NCBI GenBank assembly: GCA_031441465.1
Contig: JANOEP010000009.1
Coordinates: 96,001 to 160,000 of the forward strand
Direction: 5' to 3'
DNA length: 64,000 bases
From: a bacterium
GTDB lineage: Bacteria > Krumholzibacteriota > Krumholzibacteriia > LZORAL124-64-63
Under the pieces are notes generated by a model that was given only the letters and a program-made list of their open reading frames with translations, was not told the origin of the DNA and did no database searches. Shown here piece by piece: positions 40,074 to 49,654 of the stretch. How positions within the stretch are numbered: position 1 is the first letter of the stretch; each line of letters starts with the position of its first letter. Both the position numbers and the translations under genes were made by a program.

Positions 40074-43000
40074 TGCGCTCGCTGGTCGATTTCGCCGTCC
40101 GTCGCCGGGTCAGCGTCGTGATGGCGACGCTGGCGCTGATCGTCTTCGGGATCGTGGCCTACAACCGCCTCGCGCTGGAGCTGTTCCCCGACATCACCTA
40201 CCCCTCGCTCACGGTGCGGACCGAGTTCCCCGACACGGCGCCCCAGGAGGTGGAGAACCTCGTCACGCGGCCGGTCGAGGAGGCCGTCGGCGTGCTGCGC
40301 GGCCTGCAGTCGGTCCACTCGGTCTCGCGGCCCGGCATGTCGGAGGTCACGCTCGAGTTCGAGTGGGGCGCGGACATGGACCTGCTGTCGATGGAGGTCC
40401 GCGAGAAGCTCGACCGGCTGGTCCTGCCCGCCGAGACCAGCGACCCGGTGGTGCTGCGCTACGACCCCAGCCTCGACCCCATCGTCCGGCTCGCGCTCTC
40501 GGGCACCGACGACCTGACCACGCTGCGCCGGCTCGCCGACAAGCAGCTCAAGCAGGACTTCGAAACGATCGCGGGCGTGGCCGCGGCGCAGATCAAGGGC
40601 GGCTTCGAGGAGGAGATCCAGGTCGACGTCGACCAGGACCGCCTCGCGGCCCTGGGCCTGCCGCTCGAGGACGTGCGCCAGGTCCTGGGCGTGGGCAACG
40701 TCAACCTGCCCGGCGGCGCCCTGCGGGGCCGGGACGACCAGTTCCTGATCCGCACCATCAACGAGTACGACGACATCGGCGAGATCGCCGACCTGATCGT
40801 GCGGCGCGACGAGCGCGGCACGGTGAGGATCGGCGACGTGGCCGAGGTGCGGCGCGGCGTCAAGGAGCGCGAGGAGATCACGCGGGTCGACGGCGCGGAG
40901 TCGGTGGAGATCTCCCTCTACAAGGAGGGCGACGCCAACACCGTGACCGTGGCCGGGCGCCTGCGCGAACGCCTCGACGCCTGGCAGGACGGCAAGCTGC
41001 CCCCCGGCGCGCGGCTGACCGTGCTGTTCGACCAGTCGCTCTTCATCCAGCAGTCCGTCGACGAGGTGAGCGACGCTGCGCTGGTCGGCGGCCTGCTCGC
41101 GATCCTGGTGCTCTTCCTGTTCCTGCGCGACCTGCGCAGCACGCTGATCATCGCCACGACGATCCCGATCTCGGTGATCGCGACCTTCATCGTGATGTAC
41201 AAGCTCGACATCACCATGAACGTCATGTCCCTGGGCGGGCTGACCCTGAGCATCGGCATGCTCGTGGACAACTCGATCGTGGTATTGGAGTCGATCTACC
41301 GCCGTCGCCGCGACGGCGCCAGCCTCTACCGCTCGGCGGTGGACGGCACCACGGAGGTCGGCGCGGCGGTGATCGCCTCGACCCTGACCTCGGTCGCGGT
41401 GTTCGTGCCGATCGTGTTCGTCGAGGGCGTCGCCGGCCAGCTCTTCCGCGACCAGGCGCTGACCGTGACGTTCGGCCAGCTGATCTCGCTGCTGATCGGC
41501 GTCACGCTCATCCCCATGCTGAGCGCGGCGGGCGCGAAGCTGCCGAGCGAGGCCGAGCGGCGCCGCGCCGCGGCCGCCGGCCCCGGCGGCGACGACATCG
41601 GCGACGAGTACCTGATCCCCGCCACCACGACGATGACGCTCGGCCGCTTCTCCCGGCGCTTCGACGCCTTCCTGCGGGCCTCGCTACGCCGCCGGTGGCT
41701 GACGATCGGGGCCGGGTTCGGGCTGTTCGCCCTGACCATGGCCGCGGTGCCGCTGCTCCAGATGGAGCTGATCCCCCAGCTGAGCGAGGGCGAGTTCTTC
41801 TTCGAGGCCACCCTGCCCGAAGGCGCCTCGCTCGCGGCGACGGACCGCGCCCTGCAGGTCATGGAGCGGGCGGCCGCCGCCGAGCCCGCGGCGGCGGTGC
41901 GGTACGCGACGGTCGGCAGCCGCCTGGTCTCGGGCGGGCTGTCGGTGAACACCCGGGCCGAGAACCTCGGCCAGCTCAACGTGGTGATGAAAGACCGCGG
42001 CGACGAGGTCGCCGAAGCGGCCGCGGCCGACCGCATGCGCGCCGCCTTCGCCGACCTGCCCGACCTCGAGACGCGCTTCGGCCGCCCTTCGTACTTCACC
42101 CTCAAGACGCCGATCGAGGTGATCGTGTTCGGCGACGACCTCGACGACTTGCGCGCGTACTCCCTGGAGATCGCCGCGCGCGCGGCGACGGTGCCGGGCC
42201 TCGTCGACGTGCGCTCGTCGCTCGAGGCGGGCAACCCCGAGCTGCAGGTGGTGTTCGACCGCGAGCGGCTGGCCGCGCTGGGCCTCGACATGGGCCTGCT
42301 GTCCGAGACGCTCAAGAACCGCGTCCTGGGCGTGGTGCCGACCCGCTTCAAGGAAGAGGACCGGCAGATCGACATCCGCCTGCGCAACCGGGAGGACGAC
42401 CGCCACACGATCGACGACGTGCGCAACCTGGCGTTGCCCGGTCCCGACGGCGGCACCGTCCGCCTGACGTCCGTGGCCGAGGTGCGCGAGGACCGCGGCC
42501 CGGCCGAGATCCACCGCCTGCAGCAGCAGCGGGCGGCCGTCGTCTCGGCGAACGTCGACGGGCGCAGCCTGGGCGCGGCCGTCGCCGACGTCCGCGCCGC
42601 GCTGGCCGACCTGCCGCCGCCGCCGGGCCTGACCGTCGAGCTGGGCGGCCAGAACCGCGAGATGCAGGTGAGCTTCAACAGCCTGCGCTTCGCGATCATG
42701 CTGGCCGTCTTCCTGGTCTACCTGGTCATGGCGGCGACCTTCGAGTCCTTCCTGCACCCGCTGCTGGTGCTGTTCACGATCCCCATGGCCCTGATCGGCG
42801 TGGTGCCGGCGCTGCTGCTGACCGGCACGCCCATCACCGTCATCGTCCTGATCGGGGCGGTGGTCCTGGTGGGCATCGTGGTCAACAACGCCATCGTGCT
42901 CGTCGACGCCATCAACCAGCTGCGCCGCGCGGGCGTGCCGAAGCAGGAGGCGATCGTCCGCGCCGCGCACCTGCGCCTGCGGCCGATCCTGATGACGACC

Positions 43001-43177
43001 ACGACCTCGGTGCTCGGCCTGCTGCCCATGGCCCTGGCCTGGGGCGAGGGGGCCGAGCTGCGCTCGCCGCTGGCGATCACCGTGGCGAGCGGCCTGATCC
43101 TCAGCACGCTGCTGACCCTGATCGTGATCCCGGCCGCCTACCTCGTCGTGCCCACGCGCATCGGCGACGAGCGCTAA
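40073..43177 (+). CDS. RND efflux permease subunit 1 (AcrB/AcrD/AcrF family)
   Basis: FPDITYP, PQEVENLVTRPVEEAV, GMLVDNSIVVLESI, GIVVNNAIVLVD, RLRPILMTT. Confidence 0.95.
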   Translation: MRSLVDFAVRRRVSVVMATLALIVFGIVAYNRLALELFPDITYPSLTVRTEFPDTAPQEVENLVTRPVEEAVGVLRGLQSVHSVSRPGMSEVTLEFEWGADMDLLSMEVREKLDRLVLPAETSDPVVLRYDPSLDPIVRLALSGTDDLTTLRRLADKQLKQDFETIAGVAAAQIKGGFEEEIQVDVDQDRLAALGLPLEDVRQVLGVGNVNLPGGALRGRDDQFLIRTINEYDDIGEIADLIVRRDERGTVRIGDVAEVRRGVKEREEITRVDGAESVEISLYKEGDANTVTVAGRLRERLDAWQDGKLPPGARLTVLFDQSLFIQQSVDEVSDAALVGGLLAILVLFLFLRDLRSTLIIATTIPISVIATFIVMYKLDITMNVMSLGGLTLSIGMLVDNSIVVLESIYRRRRDGASLYRSAVDGTTEVGAAVIASTLTSVAVFVPIVFVEGVAGQLFRDQALTVTFGQLISLLIGVTLIPMLSAAGAKLPSEAERRRAAAAGPGGDDIGDEYLIPATTTMTLGRFSRRFDAFLRASLRRRWLTIGAGFGLFALTMAAVPLLQMELIPQLSEGEFFFEATLPEGASLAATDRALQVMERAAAAEPAAAVRYATVGSRLVSGGLSVNTRAENLGQLNVVMKDRGDEVAEAAAADRMRAAFADLPDLETRFGRPSYFTLKTPIEVIVFGDDLDDLRAYSLEIAARAATVPGLVDVRSSLEAGNPELQVVFDRERLAALGLDMGLLSETLKNRVLGVVPTRFKEEDRQIDIRLRNREDDRHTIDDVRNLALPGPDGGTVRLTSVAEVREDRGPAEIHRLQQQRAAVVSANVDGRSLGAAVADVRAALADLPPPPGLTVELGGQNREMQVSFNSLRFAIMLAVFLVYLVMAATFESFLHPLLVLFTIPMALIGVVPALLLTGTPITVIVLIGAVVLVGIVVNNAIVLVDAINQLRRAGVPKQEAIVRAAHLRLRPILMTTTTSVLGLLPMALAWGEGAELRSPLAITVASGLILSTLLTLIVIPAAYLVVPTRIGDER

Positions 43178-43197
43178 TTGACGGAGGAGCCGCAGGC

Positions 43198-46100
43198 ATG
43201 ACGCTGCCCGAGATCGCCATCAAGCGACCCGTCGCCATGATGATGCTGCTGGTGAGCATCGTCCTGATGGGTGCGGTCGCCCTGCTGCGGCTGCCGCTGG
43301 CGTTCATGCCCGACATCGAGGAGCCCGAGCTGTTCGTGCAGCTCCCCTACGAGAGCGCTTCGCCCGAGCAGGTCGAACGCATGATCGTGCGGCCGGTCGA
43401 GGACGCGCTCGGCTCGGTCAAGGGCCTGCAAAGCCTGTGGTCGAGCTGCGACGGCGACGGCGGGCGCATCCGGCTGGGCTTCGACTGGGGCGCCGACCTG
43501 CACCTGGCCCGCACCGAGGTCTGGGAGCGGATCGACCGCATCCGCGGCGACCTGCCCGAGGACATGGGCGACATCCTGGTCAGCACGAGCTGGGACTCGC
43601 GGGAGTCGGACATCCCGGTCATGGAGGGCCGGCTCAGCTCGCCGCGCGACCTCAGCGAGAGCTACGACCTGCTGGAGCGCAAGATCATCCGGCCGCTGGA
43701 GCGGGTGCCCGGCGTGGCCCAGGTCCGGCTCGACGGGGTCAACCCGCGCGAAGTGCGCATCAACCTGCGCCTGGCGGACCTCGAGGCCCACGGCGTGGAC
43801 GTGCGCGACGTGTCGCGGACGCTGCGCTCGGGCAACTTTGACCAGTCGCTGGGCAAGATCGTCGAGGGCGACGCCCGCTGGACGCTGCGCACCGTGGGCA
43901 CCCTGGCCGACGTGGAGCAGATCCGCGACCTGCCGCTGCGCGCCGACGGCCTGCGGCTGTCGGACGTCGCCGACGTCGTCTACCAGGAGCCGCCCCTGGA
44001 GTACGGCCGCCACCTCGACGGCGATTTCGCCATCGGCGTGAGCGTCTCGCAGGAGTCGCGCGCCAACACGGTCGAGGTATGCGACGCCCTGGAGGCCGCC
44101 ATCGCGCGGATGGGGGACGACCCCGAACTGGAGGGCGTCAACTTCCTGATCTGGTTCAGCCAGGGGCAGGAGATCCGCAAGACCCTGGGCGACCTGACCG
44201 CCACCGGCGTCTTCGGGGCCATCCTGGCCTCGGTGGTGCTGTTCGTGTTCCTGCGCCGGCTGTCCACGACCGTCGTCGCGGTGCTGTGCATCCCCTTCTC
44301 CCTGATCGTGACCTGCGGCGTCATCTGGGCCCAAGGCAAGTCGCTCAACACGCTGACCCTGCTGGGGCTGATCGTGGGCGTCGGCATGCTGGTGGACAAC
44401 GCCGTCGTCGTGATGGAGAACATCTTCCGGCACCGCGAACTCGGCGAGGACCCCGAGACGGCGTCGCGCGAAGGGGCGCGCGAGGTCTCCAACGCGGTCA
44501 CCGCGGCCACGCTGGCCTCGGTCATCGTCTTCATCCCGCTGATCTTCAACAAGCCCAGCGAGATGAACGTCTACCTCAAGGAGCTGGCGATCACGGTCTG
44601 CCTGGCCCTGCTGGCGTCGCTGTTCATCAGCCAGACCCTGATCCCGCTGGCGACCGCCCGCTACATCCGCTCCCAGCCGCGGCCCCGCGGCCGCTGGATG
44701 ACGGGCGTGGAGCGCGGCTACGAGTCGCTGCTGCGCCTCAACCTGCGCCGCCGCTGGCTGGCGCCCGTGATCGGCCTCGCGGTCATCGCCTCGGCGGTCT
44801 ACCCCTTCCGTCACATCGAGATGAACTTCGACGCCTCGCAAGCCGAGCTGTTCGTGCAGGTCAACTACGACTACAGCGAGGAGCTGAGCCTCGAGGGCAA
44901 GGAGGCCCTCGTCACGCAGGTCGAGCAGTTCCTCGAGCCGCACCGCGCCGAGCTGACGGCCCGCTCGATCTACAGTTTCTGGAGCGACGACTGGAGCATG
45001 ACCCGCGTCTACCTCGAGGAGGGCGAGGCGGACGCCGCGAACATCGCCCGCGTGCGCGGCGTCCTGCGCGGCCTGCTGCCCGAGATCGCCGGCGTGAAGC
45101 TCGACGTGCAGGAGGAGCACCAGGGCTGGCGCCAGGGCGGCGGCCGGCGCGTCGCCTTCCAGATCGTGGGCGAGGACACAGAGGTCCTGATGCAGCTGGC
45201 CGACGAGGCCGTCCAGCGCGTGGCCGCGGTGCCCGGGCTGCTGGACGTGGGTTCGCGCGACCAGGCGGCCCAGCAGGAGCTGCACATCGAGCCCGACCGC
45301 GAACTGGTCGCCCGCTACGCCGTCTCGCCGGCCCAGGTGGCCGACGTCGTGGGCCTGACCTACCGCGGCCGGCGCCTGCCGCGCTTCCGCACCGAGAGCG
45401 GCGAACGCGAGATGCGCCTGACGCTCGAGGAGCAGAAGACCGAGAGCCTCTCCCAGCTGTCGAACCTGCCGCTGGTGACGGCCGGGGGCGAGAAAGTGCC
45501 CCTGGCCGCCGTCGCCGCCTTCGTCCAGAAGCCCGGCCGCGAGCGCATCGAGCGCGACAACCGGCGCACCAGCGTCTGGGTCGGGGCCCGCTTCGAGGAA
45601 GGCAACAGCGACCGCTACCTGCCGCAGGTCACCGCCGCGATGGAGGGCATGAGTTTCCCCTACGGCTATTCCTGGACCTTCGGTTCCTGGCAGGAGCGCC
45701 GCCAGGAGCAGTCCCAGGAGTTCCTGACCAACCTGCTGCTGGCGCTGCTGCTGGTCTTCGCGGTGATGGCCGGCCTCTTCGAGTCGGCGCGCCAGGCCCT
45801 GGCGCTGATGGTCTCGCTGCCCTTCGCCGCCGCCGGCGCCGTCTGGACGCTCCACCTCACCGGCACCGACTTCGACCAGCCGGCGGCGGTCGGGCTGCTG
45901 CTGCTGATCGGCATCGTGGTGAACAACGGCATCGTCATGATCGAGCACATCAACCACTACCGCCGCCGCGGGATGGACCGCACCGAAGCCATGGTGCTCG
46001 GCGGCCGCGAGCGCCTGCGCCCGATCGTGATGACCGCCCTGACCACGCTGCTCGGCCTGCTGCCGATGGCGATCCAGAAGCCGTCGCTGGGCGGCGTCTA

Positions 46101-46290
46101 TTACTATTCGATGGCCCTGGTGATCATGGGCGGCCTGCTGGTCAGCACCTTCCTGACGTCGATCCTGCTGCCGGCCACCGCGACGCTGTCCGAGGACGCG
46201 TTCGCGTTCCTGGGCGGCCTGCCCCGGCGGCTGCGGGCGCGCCGGCGGGCGGCCGCCGTTCCCGGGTCCGCCGACGTCGATACCCGCTAG
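43198..46290 (+). CDS. RND efflux permease subunit 2 (AcrB/AcrD/AcrF family)
   Basis: True start MTLPEIAIKRPV after GGAGGAG; GMLVDNAVVVMENI, GIVVNNGIVMIE, RLRPIVMTALTT. Confidence 0.95.
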   Translation: MTLPEIAIKRPVAMMMLLVSIVLMGAVALLRLPLAFMPDIEEPELFVQLPYESASPEQVERMIVRPVEDALGSVKGLQSLWSSCDGDGGRIRLGFDWGADLHLARTEVWERIDRIRGDLPEDMGDILVSTSWDSRESDIPVMEGRLSSPRDLSESYDLLERKIIRPLERVPGVAQVRLDGVNPREVRINLRLADLEAHGVDVRDVSRTLRSGNFDQSLGKIVEGDARWTLRTVGTLADVEQIRDLPLRADGLRLSDVADVVYQEPPLEYGRHLDGDFAIGVSVSQESRANTVEVCDALEAAIARMGDDPELEGVNFLIWFSQGQEIRKTLGDLTATGVFGAILASVVLFVFLRRLSTTVVAVLCIPFSLIVTCGVIWAQGKSLNTLTLLGLIVGVGMLVDNAVVVMENIFRHRELGEDPETASREGAREVSNAVTAATLASVIVFIPLIFNKPSEMNVYLKELAITVCLALLASLFISQTLIPLATARYIRSQPRPRGRWMTGVERGYESLLRLNLRRRWLAPVIGLAVIASAVYPFRHIEMNFDASQAELFVQVNYDYSEELSLEGKEALVTQVEQFLEPHRAELTARSIYSFWSDDWSMTRVYLEEGEADAANIARVRGVLRGLLPEIAGVKLDVQEEHQGWRQGGGRRVAFQIVGEDTEVLMQLADEAVQRVAAVPGLLDVGSRDQAAQQELHIEPDRELVARYAVSPAQVADVVGLTYRGRRLPRFRTESGEREMRLTLEEQKTESLSQLSNLPLVTAGGEKVPLAAVAAFVQKPGRERIERDNRRTSVWVGARFEEGNSDRYLPQVTAAMEGMSFPYGYSWTFGSWQERRQEQSQEFLTNLLLALLLVFAVMAGLFESARQALALMVSLPFAAAGAVWTLHLTGTDFDQPAAVGLLLLIGIVVNNGIVMIEHINHYRRRGMDRTEAMVLGGRERLRPIVMTALTTLLGLLPMAIQKPSLGGVYYYSMALVIMGGLLVSTFLTSILLPATATLSEDAFAFLGGLPRRLRARRRAAAVPGSADVDTR

Positions 46291-46318
46291 ACCGGTTCCC
46301 GAACAGGAGGAGATCCGC

Positions 46319-49300
46319 ATGAGACAACTGCCGCTCGCGCTGCTGTGCTGCGCGGCCGTCACGGCGACCGCCGCCGTCGCCGCCGCCGAGGAAACGCGCC
46401 TGTTGCGCCAGCCCGCCGTCTCCGCGACGCACGTGGCCTTCGTCCACGCCGGCGACGTGTGGCTCGCCGATCGCGACGGCGGCGAGGCCCGGCGGCTGAC
46501 CACCTTCGGCGGCATCGAAAGCGCGCCGATGTTCTCGCCCGACGGGAAGCAGGTCGCATTCACCGGGAAGTACGACGGCAATCTCGACGTCTACTCGGTC
46601 GGGATCGAGGGCGGCGAGCCGCGGCGGCTGACCTGGCACCCGGGCGACGACGTCGTGCGCGGCTGGACCCCCGACGGCTCGCGCATCCTGTTCGCCTCGG
46701 GCCGCGAGACGGTCCCGCGGCAACAGCCGAAGCTGTGGACCATCGGCCTGCGGGGCGGCCTGCCCGAGGCGCTGCCGCTGCCCCGCGCGACCGCGGGCGC
46801 GTACTCCCCCGACGGCAAGCGGCTGGCCTACCAGCTGGTCGAGCCCTGGGAAGCAGAGTGGCGCAACTACCGCGGCGGGCAGGCGCAGCCGATCCGCGTC
46901 GTCGACCTCGCGACGCTCGCCGTGACGAAGCTGCCCTGGGACGGCAGCAACGACCTCCGCCCGGTCTGGCTCGACGGCACGATCTTCTTCCTGAGCGACC
47001 GCGACCTGGCCATGAACGTCTGGGCGTACGACGTCGCCGCCGGCACGCTCGGCCAGCGGACGCATTTCACGGAATTCGACTGCAAGAATCTCGGCGGCGG
47101 CGCCGGCCGCCTCGTCTTCGAGAACGGCGGCCGGCTCTACACGCTGGACGCCGCCGGCGGCGAACCCCGGCCCGTGCCGGTCACCCTGAACGGCGACTTC
47201 CCCGGGGCGCGACCCCACTGGGAGGACGTCGCGAAGCTGATCACCGACATGGCGCTGTCCCCCGCGGGCAAGCGCGTGGCCTTCGCGGCGCGCGGCGAGA
47301 TCTTCACCGTGCCGGCCGAGAAGGGCGACATCCGCAACCTCACCAACAGCCCGGGCGCCGCCGACCGCGCCCCGGCCTGGTCCCCCGACGGCCGCCTGCT
47401 CTCCTGGTTCTCCGACGAGAGCGGCGAGTACCAGCTGGTGATCGCGGACCAGTTCGGCGGGAACCGCCGCTCGGTGCCGCTGCCCGACCCCACGTTCTAT
47501 TACACGCCGCGCTGGTCCCCGGACTCGAAACACCTGGCCTACGGCGACGCCGACCGCGTGCTGTGGGTCGTGGACGCGGCCTCCGGCAAGCCGACCCGGA
47601 TCGACGACGAGGGGTTCGCCCATCCCGAGCGCCTCATCGCCCCGGTCTGGTCGCCCGACTCGCGCTGGATCGCCTACAGCAAGCGCCTGACCAGCCAGTT
47701 CAACGCCGTGTGCGTGTACTCTCTCGATACGGGCAAGTCGACCCGCGTCACCGACGGTTTGGCGGACGCCGTCTCGCCGGCCTGGGACGCCTCGGGCAAG
47801 TACCTCGCGTTCCTGGCCAGCACCGACTTCGGCCTGAACCTCGGCTGGCTGGACATGAGTTCCTACCACCAGCCGCTGAACCGCTCGCTCTACCTGGCGG
47901 TGCTGAGCAAGGACGAGCCTTCGCCCCTGAAGCCGCAGAGCGACGACGAAGAGCCGGCGGCCGCGGACGAGGGGAAGCAGGACCAGGACAAGAAGGACCA
48001 AGGCAAGAAGGACGAAGCGAAGAAGGACGACATCGTCGTCCGCATCGACTTCGCCGGCCTCGACCAGCGGATCGTCGCGCTGGACGTGCCGCCCCGCAAC
48101 TACGAGCGGCTGGTCGCGGGCGCCGCCGGCACGTTCTTCTACGCCGAAAACGTCCCGAACCAGCCGGGCCTGACCCTGCACGCCTACGACCTGGAGAAGC
48201 GCGAGACCAAGAAGCTGTGCGAGGGGATCCTCGCGTACCGGGTGTCGGCCGACGGCAAGTGGATCCTGCAGGCCAAGCCCGACGAGAAATTTCTGCTGAC
48301 CGGCGCCGACGGCAAGGCCGAGGAGGGCAAGGGCAACCTCGACCTGACCGGCCTGCGCATGAAGGTCGACCCCGCCGCGGAGTGGCGGCAGATCTTCCGC
48401 GAGGCCTGGCGCTTCCAGCGCGACTTCTTCTATGTCGAGAACGTCCACGGTCTGGACCTGGACTGGGCCTACCGCGCCTACGCGCCCTGGGTCGAGCACG
48501 TGCGCCATCGCGACGACCTCACCTACGTGCTGGACATCCTCGGCGGCGAGACCTGCATCGGCCACTCGTTCACCGGCGGCGGCGACGAACCCGAAGTCGA
48601 GACCATCCCGGTCGGGCTGCTGGGCTGCGACTTCGCGATCGCGGACGGCCGCTACCGCCTCGCCCGGATCTACACGGGCGAGAACTGGAACCCGGGGCTG
48701 CGGTCGCCCCTGAGCGGCCCCGGCATCGACGCGCGCGCGGGCGACTACCTGCTAGCGGTCGACGGCGTCGCGCTCACGACGGACATGAGCCCCTACAGCC
48801 TGTTCGACCGCAAGGCGGACCGCCAGACGGTCCTGACGCTCAACGACAAGCCCGATCCGAAGGGTGCGCGCCAGGTGACCGTCGTGCCCGTCGCCGACGA
48901 GGAGCCGCTGCGCCAGCGGGTCTGGATCGAGGACAACCGCCGCCGCGTCGACGAGCTGTCCGGCGGCAAGCTGGCCTACGTCTGGATCCCGGACACGGGC
49001 GAGGAAGGCTACGCCGCGTTCCTACGGGGCTACTTCGCCCAGCAGGACAAGCGGGGCGCCGTGGTCGACGAGCGCTTCAACGAGGGCGGCTCCATCGCCG
49101 ACCTGATGGTCGACGTCATGAACCGCAAGCTGCTGGGCTTCTTCAACAACCCGGTGGGGGACCGCCAGCCGTTCACCGCGCCCAACGCCGCCATCTGGGG
49201 CCCGAAGGTGCTGCTCGTCAACGAGATGTCCGGCTCGGGCGGCGACATGCTGCCCTACATGTTCCGCAAGCTGGGCATCGGCCCCCTGGTGGGCACGCGC

Positions 49301-49585
49301 ACCTGGGGCGGGCTGGTCGGCATCTGGGACGTGCCCGGCCTGATCGACGGCGGCTTCATCACCGCCCCGCGCGGCGGCTTCTACGACACCGACGGGAAGT
49401 GGGCGGTCGAGGGCGAGGGCGTGGCCCCGGACGTCGTGGTCGAGCAGACGCCCGCCGCGGCGCGCGAAGGCCGCGACCTGCAGCTCGAAGCGGGTGTCCG
49501 CGCGGCGCTCGACCTGCTGCCGGGCGCGGCCGTCGAGATCCTGCCGCAGCCGGCCGACCCGGTGCGGTCGCGGCGTCCGCGGTAG
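46319..49585 (+). CDS. Tricorn protease homologue (S41), exported
   Basis: ETRLLRQPAVS, WRNYRGG, GETCIGHSF, DERFNEGG, NEMSGSGGDMLPY, GTRTWGGLVG. Confidence 0.95.
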   Translation: MRQLPLALLCCAAVTATAAVAAAEETRLLRQPAVSATHVAFVHAGDVWLADRDGGEARRLTTFGGIESAPMFSPDGKQVAFTGKYDGNLDVYSVGIEGGEPRRLTWHPGDDVVRGWTPDGSRILFASGRETVPRQQPKLWTIGLRGGLPEALPLPRATAGAYSPDGKRLAYQLVEPWEAEWRNYRGGQAQPIRVVDLATLAVTKLPWDGSNDLRPVWLDGTIFFLSDRDLAMNVWAYDVAAGTLGQRTHFTEFDCKNLGGGAGRLVFENGGRLYTLDAAGGEPRPVPVTLNGDFPGARPHWEDVAKLITDMALSPAGKRVAFAARGEIFTVPAEKGDIRNLTNSPGAADRAPAWSPDGRLLSWFSDESGEYQLVIADQFGGNRRSVPLPDPTFYYTPRWSPDSKHLAYGDADRVLWVVDAASGKPTRIDDEGFAHPERLIAPVWSPDSRWIAYSKRLTSQFNAVCVYSLDTGKSTRVTDGLADAVSPAWDASGKYLAFLASTDFGLNLGWLDMSSYHQPLNRSLYLAVLSKDEPSPLKPQSDDEEPAAADEGKQDQDKKDQGKKDEAKKDDIVVRIDFAGLDQRIVALDVPPRNYERLVAGAAGTFFYAENVPNQPGLTLHAYDLEKRETKKLCEGILAYRVSADGKWILQAKPDEKFLLTGADGKAEEGKGNLDLTGLRMKVDPAAEWRQIFREAWRFQRDFFYVENVHGLDLDWAYRAYAPWVEHVRHRDDLTYVLDILGGETCIGHSFTGGGDEPEVETIPVGLLGCDFAIADGRYRLARIYTGENWNPGLRSPLSGPGIDARAGDYLLAVDGVALTTDMSPYSLFDRKADRQTVLTLNDKPDPKGARQVTVVPVADEEPLRQRVWIEDNRRRVDELSGGKLAYVWIPDTGEEGYAAFLRGYFAQQDKRGAVVDERFNEGGSIADLMVDVMNRKLLGFFNNPVGDRQPFTAPNAAIWGPKVLLVNEMSGSGGDMLPYMFRKLGIGPLVGTRTWGGLVGIWDVPGLIDGGFITAPRGGFYDTDGKWAVEGEGVAPDVVVEQTPAAAREGRDLQLEAGVRAALDLLPGAAVEILPQPADPVRSRRPR

Positions 49586-49606
49586 CCGTCGCGGAGCGCA
49601 GGCGAA

Positions 49607-49635
49607 GGGCCCCGTCTCCGGCGGAGACGGGGCCC
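49607..49635. terminator. Stem-loop between convergent tricorn and pepF genes
   Basis: GGGCCCCGTCTCC-GGC-GGAGACGGGGCCC, perfect 13-bp stem. Confidence 0.65.
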
Positions 49636-49654
49636 GCTTCGTCGCCGCAACCGT

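Noticed and set aside
40054..43197. Apparent 2078-aa double-length RND fusion or frameshift
   Set aside because: The first half is an alternative frame over RND1; RND1 has its own TAA (43175-43177) and RND2 has its own RBS and ATG (43198)
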